From positions 28,319,569 through 28,334,293 of the forward strand of contig CM119263.1 of assembly GCA_051294375.1 (NCBI GenBank): 14,725 nucleotides of DNA. Reading direction: 5' to 3'. The notes below the pieces were generated by a model. It worked only from the letters and a program-made list of their open reading frames with translations, did not search any database and was not told the origin of the DNA. Positions 1 through 9,275 of the stretch are shown here, piece after piece; the first letter of the stretch is position 1, and every line of letters begins with the position of its first letter. This stretch comes from Paraspadella gotoi. Lineage: Eukaryota; Animalia; Chaetognatha. A program made the translations under genes and the position numbers.

Positions 1-9
1 ATTCACTCT

Positions 10-698
10 TGCTCTGAACTTCGTCTCGATCGTTGCCTCACTTGTTTAATTCGAAATAAGTTCATCCCGCCTCTAAGCATGACACCTTCAGTCTTGACCC
101 GGTGGTTCATTGAGTAAAGCCATCAGCTCATGATCACTAGGTATCGGGTTCAATTCCAACCCGCTACCCTCGCCTCGGGAAGAGTGAGGATGGCCTTGGA
201 GGCCTGGAAAACCCTCAAGTCTGGTTCCAAACCAAGGACCCATTCCATGGCTGCAAGAGGGGGTAAAAGAAGTTGTGGAAAGCATTATTCAGCTCGCTAA
301 GAGCCTTATCCAATATCCATACTGGTGAGCCCATCTTGTCGAGCGTATTCCAACCTTCTGATTCCAGGCCCCTGGACTTGCTGAAGATTGCTCCACTCCC
401 TCCACTGAAAGCACTGCAGGGTGGGTTACAATCGGGGGACATGTAGTCGAACTTTGCTTAATTTCACCCCGCCAATAAGCATGACACCTTCATTGTTGAT
501 CCGGTGGCTCAGTGACTAAAGCCACTAAACCCACCCGGTTCCTACCCTGCAGAAAGCGTGAGGATGGCCGTAAACCGTCTTGAGGGCGTGGAAAACCCTC
601 AAGCCTGATTCCAAGCCCAGGAACCGTTCCATGGCTGCAAGAGGCGGTTAAAGAAGTTGCGGATAACACTCTTCATCTCACTTAGCGCCTTATCCACA
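10..698 (+). mobile_element. TRIM (non-autonomous miniature LTR retrotransposon) #1 with tRNA-like cassette in its LTRs
   Basis: Two diverged direct repeats: ~10/41-321 and 442-698; the second starts TGTAG and ends TATCCACA (TG...CA). PBS-like TGGTGAGCCC at 323-332 directly follows LTR1, and a short G tract (GGGGGACA, 434-441) abuts LTR2. The ~120 bp internal region is non-coding. The 5' end of LTR1 is uncertain and may lie outside the window; no TSD could be confirmed. Confidence 0.75.
96..165 (+). promoter_or_regulatory. tRNA-derived Pol III internal promoter (A and B boxes) inside LTR1 of TRIM #1
   Basis: A-box-like TGGTTCATTGAG at 103-114 (TGGCTCAGTGAC at 505-516 in LTR2), anticodon-loop-like CTCATGA, and B box GGTTCAATTCC at 147-157. 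LTR2 has lost the B-box segment by deletion but keeps CCGGTTC, which partly pairs with GATCCGG like an acceptor stem. Not an intact tRNA. Confidence 0.7.
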
Positions 699-933
699 TA
701 TATTCGAATATAACTTTAACCCCAAAAAAATTCGTTGTTAACGATTAAAAAACTGTTTTTTTCTTAAATTTCACGAACGCAACGAAAATAAAGAAATATA
801 ACAAAATGTCTACCAAAAATATTCAAAATTATTCAAGGTATCCATCAACTAATGTTAATCCAAATAATATCAGTTCTATGGGATAAGATATTAAGATTCA
901 AATTTATCATGCACCAATTTAATAACATAAAAA

Positions 934-3843
934 TTAGACAAAGACCTTTCGCTCACAGAGTATGGCCTCTCGGCAACTGTGACAACGATCTAGTTTCATA
1001 GCGCAATTGGAGCAACTCAAATGTCCGCAATCGAAGGCGATGTCCCTCGGCGATTCCAGACATACGATGCATAGACGTTCTTCCTCCATCTGTTCCATCT
1101 CTCTCAACATTCCTTCTTTTTCCAATTCGATCCTTAGATTTTCGCAAGCGATATCTTGAGTCAGGAGGCAAAGATATTTCATTTCCGAATGAATTTCTCG
1201 CAGGTATTCAAGTTTCAGTTGGAGTTGCTCTTGCTTTTCATGCTTTTCCTGCTTTTCATACTTTTCCTGCTTTTCCTGCTTTTCCTGCTTAGTTTCTGGC
1301 TCCGATGCTTGTTTTTCCTCTTCCAGCATCTTCCGTTCTTCTTCAATTGCCTTAATTTGCTTTTCAATTTGAGCTTCTTTTGTAAAAATGCAATTTTCTC
1401 TTTTTTTTTCATCGCAATAATTTTGATTTGATTGTATAAAAGACTCTTTTTGTTGCTCCAAAATGTTTTTATCCAGTAAAATTCGACGATTTTCTTCCTT
1501 CAACCGCTGTCGCTCTTCAAACAATTCTTTATGCATGACTTCGAATTGTCTTTTTTCGGCTAAAATAATTCCATTTCTTTCTATCAATTCCATTTTCTCG
1601 TCGGTCAATTTTCTTTGCAACTGATTTTTCTGTTTATTCAGCTGATTTATTTTATTTTCATTGCTCTTTCGTAACTTATTGTTTTCCTCCGTTTTTCTCC
1701 CATTTTCTTCTTTCAATCTTTTTTCTCTCTTCAAATAGTCTACCTTTTCTTTCCTCAAGTTTTTTACGGTTCGGGAAAGCCTTTCCTGCTCGTAATGCCA
1801 ATAATCTCTATCGTCCTCTACTTGTTTTATTTGTTTCGTCATTTTTTTTACTTTATTGAATAAGATGATCTCTAATCGTTTCACCTTCTCCAAATTCTCT
1901 TGTAAACTTTCATTCAGATATTGGTTCTCCTCTTCTATTTTTTCATTTTGCGTGATTAAACGGGTCACCCTGTTGCTAAAGTTGTTATGCAATTCGTTTT
2001 TCTTCCTTTCCAGTTTAGTATTTAGTTCTAATAGGTTTTCTTTTTCCTCTCTCAACTTCTTATTTTGTTTGAGCAACTTTTCCCTTTCTCTCAGCTCAAT
2101 TTTATTATCTTTCGACGTCGCCCTCGTTAATTCTTTGCCTAGGTCGTCATCTGATGTTGTATTTTCCATTGCATTTTCTGCAACATCGTCCTTGCTGGAA
2201 TTTTTGACGTCAATAAATTCGTTATTCTCGTCACTTGAATCTTTGTCATCGTCACCTTTGTCATCAACGTCTTCGTCGTCATTAACTTTACAATTTTCAA
2301 TGCAGTTTTCTTCTCCTTTGATTTTTAAGCCGACATCGTCATGTGAATCGTTAATGCTCAAATAATGATCATCCCAGTTTCTGTGACCGTCAACGTTATA
2401 TTGATTGCGAGCAGGCCGACAATTAGCCGATCCTCGGATGTCTTGCACTATTTGATTTTTGAGAATCATTGGTTGGTTGGAAGAGTTATCGGCGAAACCA
2501 GCGTCGTTGACAAGTTCTCTGTTGCTGACATAGTCTCCAACGCTGACACGGTCTCCATCATGGACATGTTCTCCGTCACTGACATAGTCTCCTTCACTGA
2601 TTTTTTTTTCATTGCTTTCATGGTCTCCGTTGCTGACATGGTCGCCTTCACTGACATGGTCTTTGTAGATAACATGTTCTCTATCACTGACTTTTTCTTT
2701 GTTGCTGAAATTGTCTTTGTCGCTGACATGGTCTCCATCACTAACATGGTCTATAATGCTGACTTGGTCTCCATTGCTGACATGGTCACCATTGCTGACT
2801 TGGTCTCCGTCACTGACATGGTGTATATTGCTGACATGGTCACCATTGCTGACATGGTCTCCGTCACTGACATGGTCTCTATCGCTGACATGGTCTCTGT
2901 CACTGAGATAGTCTTTGTCACTAACATTGTCTTTGTCACTGACATGGTCTCCATCGCTGACTTGATCTCCATCGCTGACATAGTCTCCTTCACTGACTTT
3001 TTCTTTGTCGCTGACTTTTTCTTCATTGACATGGTCTCTGTTGCTGACATGGTTTCCGTTCATGATATGGTCTATGTTGCTGACATGTTCTCCATCGCTG
3101 ACTTGATCCCCATCGCTGACATAGTCTCCTTTACTGACTTTTTCTTCATTGCTGTCATAGTCTCCGTTGCTGTCATGGTTTCCATCACTGACATGGTCTA
3201 TGTTGCTGACATGTTCTCCATCGGTGACTTGATCTCCATCGCTGACATAGTCTCCTTTACTGACTTTTTCTTCATTGCTGTCATAGTCTCCGTTGCTGTC
3301 ATGGTTTCCATCACTGACATGGTCTATGTTGCTGACATGTTTTCCATCACTGACATGGTTTTCCTCACTGGCTTTTTCTTTATCGCTGACATTGTCTTGG
3401 ACATTGTCATGGGCTCCACCACTGACATGTTCTCCATTGCTGCAATGGTCTCCATGGCTGACATGGTCTTTGTAACTGACACAGTCTTCGTCACTGACAT
3501 TGTCTTTGTTGCTGACGTTGTCTTTGTCGCTGACATGGTCTCCGTCGCTGACACGATCTCCATTGCTGACATGGTCTCCGTAACTGAATTTGTCATTGAG
3601 ATAGTCGACTTTCTTTCCAAATTTTTTAAGCTGAATTCTGAAGCAGTCAACGCAGAGGTTGAAATCGCATTGGAGGCACCCGAAGGTCTCGACGTGGTTC
3701 AAGTGCCGACGATCTACTTGAGAGTCGCATCTGGAACAGATTTGGAAAGAATCCGGATCGATCCGTCCCAAGAGATGACCTCGAAGACAAGTCACGTGAT
3801 CCGGTTCATTGAGCGATTCGGAAGAGGGCCAGGCGGTAGCCAT
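934..3843 (-). CDS. Intronless 969-aa protein: ZZ-like zinc finger + (VSDGDH)n repeat + acidic region + coiled coil + C-terminal C3HC4 RING; putative E3 ubiquitin ligase
   Basis: Long ATG-to-TAA ORF. N-terminal CxxGH...CxxC...GCxxCDFNLCxxC at aa19-67 (nt 3643-3789). C-terminal CIVC...CGHLSCxxC...CxxC at aa925-957 (nt 973-1071) resembles the last RING of Mind bomb, RGLG and IAP proteins. An E/K/L-rich heptad region precedes the RING. Confidence 0.9.
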   Translation of the reverse strand: MATAWPSSESLNEPDHVTCLRGHLLGRIDPDSFQICSRCDSQVDRRHLNHVETFGCLQCDFNLCVDCFRIQLKKFGKKVDYLNDKFSYGDHVSNGDRVSDGDHVSDKDNVSNKDNVSDEDCVSYKDHVSHGDHCSNGEHVSGGAHDNVQDNVSDKEKASEENHVSDGKHVSNIDHVSDGNHDSNGDYDSNEEKVSKGDYVSDGDQVTDGEHVSNIDHVSDGNHDSNGDYDSNEEKVSKGDYVSDGDQVSDGEHVSNIDHIMNGNHVSNRDHVNEEKVSDKEKVSEGDYVSDGDQVSDGDHVSDKDNVSDKDYLSDRDHVSDRDHVSDGDHVSNGDHVSNIHHVSDGDQVSNGDHVSNGDQVSIIDHVSDGDHVSDKDNFSNKEKVSDREHVIYKDHVSEGDHVSNGDHESNEKKISEGDYVSDGEHVHDGDRVSVGDYVSNRELVNDAGFADNSSNQPMILKNQIVQDIRGSANCRPARNQYNVDGHRNWDDHYLSINDSHDDVGLKIKGEENCIENCKVNDDEDVDDKGDDDKDSSDENNEFIDVKNSSKDDVAENAMENTTSDDDLGKELTRATSKDNKIELREREKLLKQNKKLREEKENLLELNTKLERKKNELHNNFSNRVTRLITQNEKIEEENQYLNESLQENLEKVKRLEIILFNKVKKMTKQIKQVEDDRDYWHYEQERLSRTVKNLRKEKVDYLKREKRLKEENGRKTEENNKLRKSNENKINQLNKQKNQLQRKLTDEKMELIERNGIILAEKRQFEVMHKELFEERQRLKEENRRILLDKNILEQQKESFIQSNQNYCDEKKRENCIFTKEAQIEKQIKAIEEERKMLEEEKQASEPETKQEKQEKQEKYEKQEKHEKQEQLQLKLEYLREIHSEMKYLCLLTQDIACENLRIELEKEGMLREMEQMEEERLCIVCLESPRDIAFDCGHLSCSNCAMKLDRCHSCREAILCERKVFV
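1228..1292 (-). repeat. Coding 9-bp tandem repeat (CTTTTCCTG on +; QEK tripeptide)
   Basis: Encodes KQEKQEKQEKYEKQEKHEKQEQ in the 969-aa protein. Confidence 0.85.
2520..3590 (-). repeat. Coding 18-bp tandem repeat (GTCAGTGACGGAGACCAT = VSDGDH) with a 126-bp higher-order unit
   Basis: Hexapeptide periodicity is visible throughout. The marker TCTATGTTGC recurs at 3071, 3197 and 3323, i.e. a 126-bp (7 hexapeptide) period. Confidence 0.95.
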
Positions 3844-3869
3844 CTTGGTCGGGATTATTAGCGAAAAAA

Positions 3870-3911
3870 CAGTATGCGCGTCGGTTCAGTGTGCACGTCG
3901 GTTTAGTGTGC
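3870..3911 (-). promoter_or_regulatory. 17-bp tandem motif just upstream of the RING gene start
   Basis: CGTCGGTTCAGTGTGCA (3879-3895), CGTCGGTTTAGTGTGC (3896-3911) and a partial third copy CAGTATGCG, 27-68 bp upstream of the ATG. A regulatory role is inferred from position only. Confidence 0.3.
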
Positions 3912-4124
3912 CAGTCAAAACCTTGAGGTAGATTCGTGTCCCTAGAAAGAAAAAGCGAGGCGATGTGCATTTTTCAAATAAGGCCTAATATGTTTACATT
4001 CATACGTATAATACAATATGTTGCAGAGGCATAAAATATTTATTTCTATTAGATCAATAAAATACTCTGCTTGTTTTGCAGTAAATTTGTGAATAGAAAT
4101 ACACTAAAAATAAAATATGTGTGT

Positions 4125-4127
4125 GAA

Positions 4128-4218
<91 letters not shown>
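4125..4218. repeat. (GA)n microsatellite
   Basis: Long, nearly pure GA run. Confidence 0.98.
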
Positions 4219-4221
<3 letters not shown>

Positions 4222-5763
4222 CTCGGGACTAAGTGACCGACTTCACTTGCGATCCGCAGGAAGAGGGTCATCTCGTTCCAATGTGACTGATATGGTGACG
4301 TCATAAAGTTCGATTTATAAAATTTACTAACTTTTAATTTAAGTCGCGCAATAAACGCAGGACGAACTTATTATTGACGAAACCCAAACTAAAAATGTCA
4401 TTTTATATGGGAATTTCATTTATTACCAAAAATGTTAGAAACTGGTCGGTCACATGGAAACATATCAAAACTATAAACTACATATACGTATCTAAACTTT
4501 TTCCGAACTTTAAATTTATCAGAATTGTGGCAAAACGTCCAAGTTTTCGGTGAACAATCGAAATACTTTGTTCTTTTCTCCAAGTGATCAAGACATACTA
4601 TCTAATATTAAAAAGACATTTTAGAGGTTCAGAACGTTTATTCTTGCCTACCTGAGTAATAGTAGTGAATGCTTGGTAGTTTGAACGTAAAGGTGTAAAG
4701 AGTTTTGAGAACATTCAAGCAAAAATACTGTGATTCTTTTTATTCGTCTTTCTCATCCCAGCTTAAATAATAAAAAATGAATGGAAACCCTTTGTTTCTG
4801 AGAAATTATGCAGATAGCATGAGAGCCTCTTAGGGTGAGCGGAGAGAGATGAAGACTCAAGGATTAGATTTTGGAAAACAAAATAGCAATTTGTTATAGA
4901 AGATTTTCCTGAGGCGAGCTAATACTTTTCGTGAGTGACTAAAATTTGTGTGGCAATATTTTTAAAACTTCTAATCATTCTCTAGAATCTGTTTTTTTTT
5001 TCAATTATATAATAATTATCAATTATTAATTGTAGTGGTTGTTGAAATTTCATAGAAATTTATGTGTCTCATTTTTTTTTTAGTTTTTTTCAGAAACGAT
5101 ATTGATATTCTAACGAGAATTTCCCGGGTTGACCGGGCTGTTGTACATTGTTTCTCATTTCATTGTGCAAAGCCACCGGCGAATTATCACCAAATAGGAT
5201 TTTTAATCAAGCTAATGAAAGATATACGTTTTCCAACAAAGTGGAGTTGAGGTTGTCGAGATAAAAATAATGAACAAAATGAGATGAATCGATTTATTGA
5301 AATCAGAAAAGCGAATGGAATCGAATTGGCTAATTGTACAAAGTGGCATTTATTTTTAAAGAGAGAGAAACTTTGGTTACATTGCTAAACAAAACAATAC
5401 AAAAAATAATTCAAAATAATTTTTTATCGGGCAATGGAATTTATAAAGAACTCGTCTGGCGATTTTATTTTCTTTCTTATATAATAATACTCAGGATCTC
5501 CACTCGGCCACACTACCAAAGAAAGCAAATAAATGAGCATCAATTAATAAAATAATTCGCTAATTTAAAACTAATGGATATTAGAGAGCTTAACATGATT
5601 GGGCTTCTTGAGGTGGAACACACGAGATCTTCTCCAGTAAAAACTTGTTCATTGCCGGTCTAACAGATGGAGAATTCTCCCAGGCGGCAGGCGTGACGAT
5701 TTGCCTGACATCAAAACGGACGAGTTTGACAATACAGTTTTCTCCAGAACAACATTTGTAGTC

Positions 5764-7189
5764 TCAGCTTGGAATCTGGAGATGCTCTCCAAGCCGGACT
5801 CATTGTGGACGAAGTCTTCTTTGCTTTGATCCTCACAGATGAGAGAAATTCGCCCAGTCTTCGTCCAGGTGTCCCTTCATCTGAATCCCAAGTGGCATCT
5901 CTTATTTTTGTACCAGTCCAGGCAGTTGCAGACGATGCCTGGTTGCGGTGAGAATGGCGTCTCCCCGCGCCTGCTGTCCCATAAGACGCGCTTGCTGACG
6001 ATGCTTGACGCGAGCAGCAGGTGATCAAAGTGGGTTTTTCTTGGCGTCACACACACTTTGACACGATCGTTCGGTCTCGATCGATTTGTTGACGCAATCC
6101 AGTGTCCATCTGTCTACAAAGGATGTGATGAACTGTGGAATCACTTGCCGGTAAGGTCATCCACATGGCGTCGGTCGGTGCTTGCTAGCAAATCCAATGC
6201 GCCTGACACTCCCAGCCCGAAGTCGGATCCCAGCTCACCTCACTCCCCGTCTGCAGGGTTGAGATGGAACTAAGTTCCAGATGATGGTGCTCTTGGACGC
6301 CATTCCAAATTGTCTGTAGCGACCACCAATGAACAGAGTTCATGACTGATGACGTTTAAAATAGAAATCTCAATGACGGAATGATGATAGAGAATTTGAT
6401 TCTTGACATCTTATTGCTTTAACCCACCACCGAATCCACCCAGAGACGAATGTGGATTGACTGCTTGTGATGAAGGTCTCCCATGACTGCGCTACCTTGT
6501 CCACCACCAGCCAACAGAGAGATGTCAGTCAAAACGTGACTGACTGCCGCGGTCCTCCTTTGGTGACAGAATTGTCGATCTGACGCGAATCCACAATCCA
6601 CGCAACTCATTTTGAAAGTCTCTCATTCACAATCAGGAAATTACAATAATCAATACAGAAAAAAACTATGCGCTCTCCATTACTATTTTTACACAGTATG
6701 AAAAATTTAAAAGGAAGAACTAATGTTTTTAAGAAAAAACAATTATTGTGCAAAGAATCTAAACTGCTGACTATGTGACAATAATAATTTTTTTTTCTCA
6801 ACTTTTCCGTTCACTTCTCAGTCCAACACAGACGTGGCGACTGCAGATGACGGAACTGATAGCAGATGATGCTGTAGACTTCGGAGATTGCGCCAGGGAT
6901 CGGAGATGGGGTCAAAAAGAGGAGGATGGGGATCTGTGGCCCATAGGGTTCAAGTAAAAAAATTTTAAATTCATTTTTACGCACAAAATTTCATTTCCAC
7001 CCTTTCACATGACAGGATCTTTCATAGCAGACAATCTAGTCAAGTACTGTTTTTTTGTGAACGTCATTGAGTGAAGGTCTTCTCCACCGTCGTTGCCTTC
7101 CTGGCCACATGTGGACGCTTCCAATCATGTGGTTGATTTTCATCTCTTGTCCAGACCCGACCGTAGTTGAACCACCGGCAGATTGCTTT
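5764..7189 (-). pseudogene. Decayed Mutator-like (MULE) transposase with C-terminal SWIM finger, probably intron-containing
   Basis: GC-richer blocks separated by AT-rich gaps, with no long ORF. Minus-strand fragments occur in MULE order: MTFTKKQYLTRL (~7030-7070), PILLFLTP...EVYSIICYQFRHL (~6840-6935), FASDR...AVSHVL then SLCW (~6500-6600), SWIM-like CNCLDWYKNKRC-H (5892-5930), and a basic tail with TGA stops at 5833-5835 and 5800-5802 that look like CGA>TGA decay. A TTTTTCAG acceptor ends at 7190. Confidence 0.6.
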
Positions 7190-7650
7190 CTGAAAAAATC
7201 GACTAAAGAGCAAGAAAGCTTGGGAAAAATTAACGAAAATGATAATGAAATGAAAATGAAAAAGATGCCTTTTTTTTATATATCGTCAAAAGGAGCTACA
7301 ACGCGGAACAAAATTGAGTAGAGATTTCACGATTTCACATTTTCTCTTTTTTTTTCTTTCTTTTTTTTTAGATAAACACGCATCAAAAAAAATTTATTTG
7401 ACGCTTTCCCAAGTCGAAAAAAAATTCACGAATTTACTTGAACCCAATATTTTGCATATTCCCTTACTTCAATGTGTAAATCCATTCTATATGTTAAAAA
7501 TTCGGTCAGGTTCTTAACATCAAGAAAGATAAACAAATCAAAGCAGTTGTACAACGTCACCTTCTACCAAAAATTGACCAGTATAGTGATCTCGCCAGAC
7601 GTTACTATCAAAGAAAATTAATAAAAAAATCTGGAAAAAAAAAAGAATGA

Positions 7651-8083
7651 TTGATGGGATAATAGATATTCATTAACGCGATTAGTCATTCATCGTCAAT
7701 AAAACACGCGTGTATGAGTAAGAGAGAAAGTGAGAAAGAGAGAGAGAGAGAGAGAAAGAGTGATAGACGAAGAAAAGATCGAAGTTGAGACGGAAGTAAA
7801 AAAAGAGGAAGAAGAGGATGAAGAGGAAGAAGAGGGAGAGGAAATAAAAAATAAAAAAGAAAGATAAAAAATTGATGCAATGATAACCAATAACCAATAA
7901 TTGATACAATTATAACCAAATGTTTGATGCAATGATAACCAAATGATTGATGCAATGATAGTCATACATTAATATGATGATAATCATTCATTGATGTGAT
8001 GATAGTCATTCATTGACGCGATGAATCATTCATCGTAAATAAAAGAAATAAATGCATGTATGAATGAGAGAGAGAGAGAGAGA
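7651..8083. repeat. Composite repeat: ~100-bp direct repeats (period 340) ending in GA tracts, overlapping a 22-23-bp tandem array
   Basis: 7651-7755 resembles 7991-8083. Units like TTGATGCAATGATAACCAAAT start at 7872, 7901, 7924, 7947, 7969, 7991 and 8013. Confidence 0.8.
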
Positions 8084-8447
8084 AAAAAAAAAGTCCAACT
8101 GTAAGACATGATTATTTAATATAAACTTAAATGAGATTGAATTTCTCAATCTCATTTACATATTGCAGTATTATTATTAAATTTAAATCTAAAACCATAT
8201 CTAAATTTTTAACTTACTATGATTACCCACATTTATAAAAATCCATCGTAATTTGTAGTAGTTTTTATTTAAAAAAAAATTGTAAGCCCCAGTCAAAACT
8301 ATATAAGAAAAAAAGGGTGATGCCAATGCAGATGACGAAGTTACAAAGAAGCTGAGCCGAAGCAAAACCTAGCCAAAACGGGCGAGATAATAAAGAAAAC
8401 ACCGTTAAATAATGCGACAATATTTTTCTTCTTCTTCTCTCCCACAG

Positions 8448-8535
8448 TTCCTCGTCCCTTCTGCCGTCTCACATCGTCACACAGTTGAACGAAACTATGG
8501 GTCTCATTAACGATTTACTAGAGGAAGAAATTAAG
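8448..8535 (+). CDS. Putative exon A of a spliced acidic-protein gene (SSSLLPSHIVTQLNETMGLINDLLEEEIK)
   Basis: Polypyrimidine acceptor TTCTTCTCTCCCACAG ending at 8447, phase-0 donor AAG|GTGACT at 8536, open frame, in-frame ATG at 8497. Confidence 0.5.
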
Positions 8536-8786
8536 GTGACTCACATAGTTGAGAATGAGTTGAATGAGAGGATTGATTGATATAAAACAAGTTTGTAGGA
8601 TACAATTTCACGTGTTGAAATATAAACATCCCTTTTAAATTTCGTAATAATTAAGTACTGATTTATATGTATTGAAGAGACAGTGATAATTGTTATGTGT
8701 TAGTGACAGAACCGTTCAATATAAGCAGTTCAGGCTATAACACCGTGTTACAGGCGGGTTAAGCGCCCCGTCCCTCTTAACTGTTA

Positions 8787-8859
8787 GGCGGCCACCGGGC
8801 TAGAACCCCGGACCTTTGGGTTGAGAGGCGAATGACTTGCCTCCGGCACCAATAGCTGC
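8787..8859 (-). ncRNA. tRNA-derived sequence in the 3' LTR of TRIM #2 (pseudo-tRNA)
   Basis: 73 nt. Imperfect acceptor stem GCAGCTA/TGGCCGC, A-box-like TGGTGCCGGAGG, T-arm CCGGG-GTTCTAG-CCCGG. D and anticodon arms pair poorly. Confidence 0.65.
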
Positions 8860-9202
8860 TGATGAATGGTTGGGGGATTTTAGTCCACCATACATCCCCC
8901 CTCCCGTAAGTAGAAGTCTTGCGTCTCTTCTGTGAATTGTTGTTGGTGGAAAGTTCGTCACCAAGTTGAGGCATGTCGCCTGATGTGTTGTTGGCGTAAA
9001 GTGCATCGCCAGATTGAGGCATGTCGCCTGAAAGTGTTGTTGTTGCTGTTGTGTTCGGAAGTCGGGCTCACCAATGAAGAGACAGTGATAATTGTTATGT
9101 GTTAGTGATAGAACCATTCAATATAAGCAGTCCCTGAGCTTCGGATCAGGCTGTAATACCGTGTTACAGGCGGGTTAAGCGTCCCGTCCCTCTTAACTGC
9201 TA

Positions 9203-9275
9203 GGCGACCACCGGGCTAGAACCCCGGACCTTTGGGTTGGGAGGCGAAAGACTTGACTCCGGCACAAATGGCCGC
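9203..9275 (-). ncRNA. tRNA-derived sequence in the 5' LTR of TRIM #2 (Gly/Glu-like pseudo-tRNA)
   Basis: 73 nt. 7-bp acceptor stem GCGGCCA/TGGTCGC and T-arm CCGGG-GTTCTAG-CCCGG. TTCGCCTCCCAA resembles the tRNA-Gly anticodon region, but the anticodon stem is broken. Confidence 0.7.

Noticed and set aside
690-698. TTATCCACA, a perfect DnaA box
   Set aside because: Eukaryotic context; it is simply the LTR 3' terminus.
2520-3590. CRISPR-like array
   Set aside because: Contiguous in-frame coding repeats without unique spacers; no cas genes.
2365-3861. 498-aa hydrophobic plus-strand ORF and other short ORFs over the repeat
   Set aside because: It is the codon-aligned antisense shadow of the 969-aa gene. 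It stays open because the sense strand avoids TCA/TTA/CTA codons there (repeat Ser is AGT/AGC).
6822-6953. Plus-strand phase-2/2 exon candidate that could splice to 8448
   Set aside because: The minus-strand reading gives a MULE-like motif in the right order with its neighbours, so that reading is preferred. RNA-seq is needed to exclude the plus-strand exon fully.
7682-7965. Three overlapping short minus-strand ORFs (also 4104-4304)
   Set aside because: Artefacts of purine-rich and microsatellite low-complexity sequence.
8787-9275. Functional tRNA genes
   Set aside because: D and anticodon arms do not pair, the anticodon positions differ between copies (CTC vs CCC), and both lie inside LTRs.
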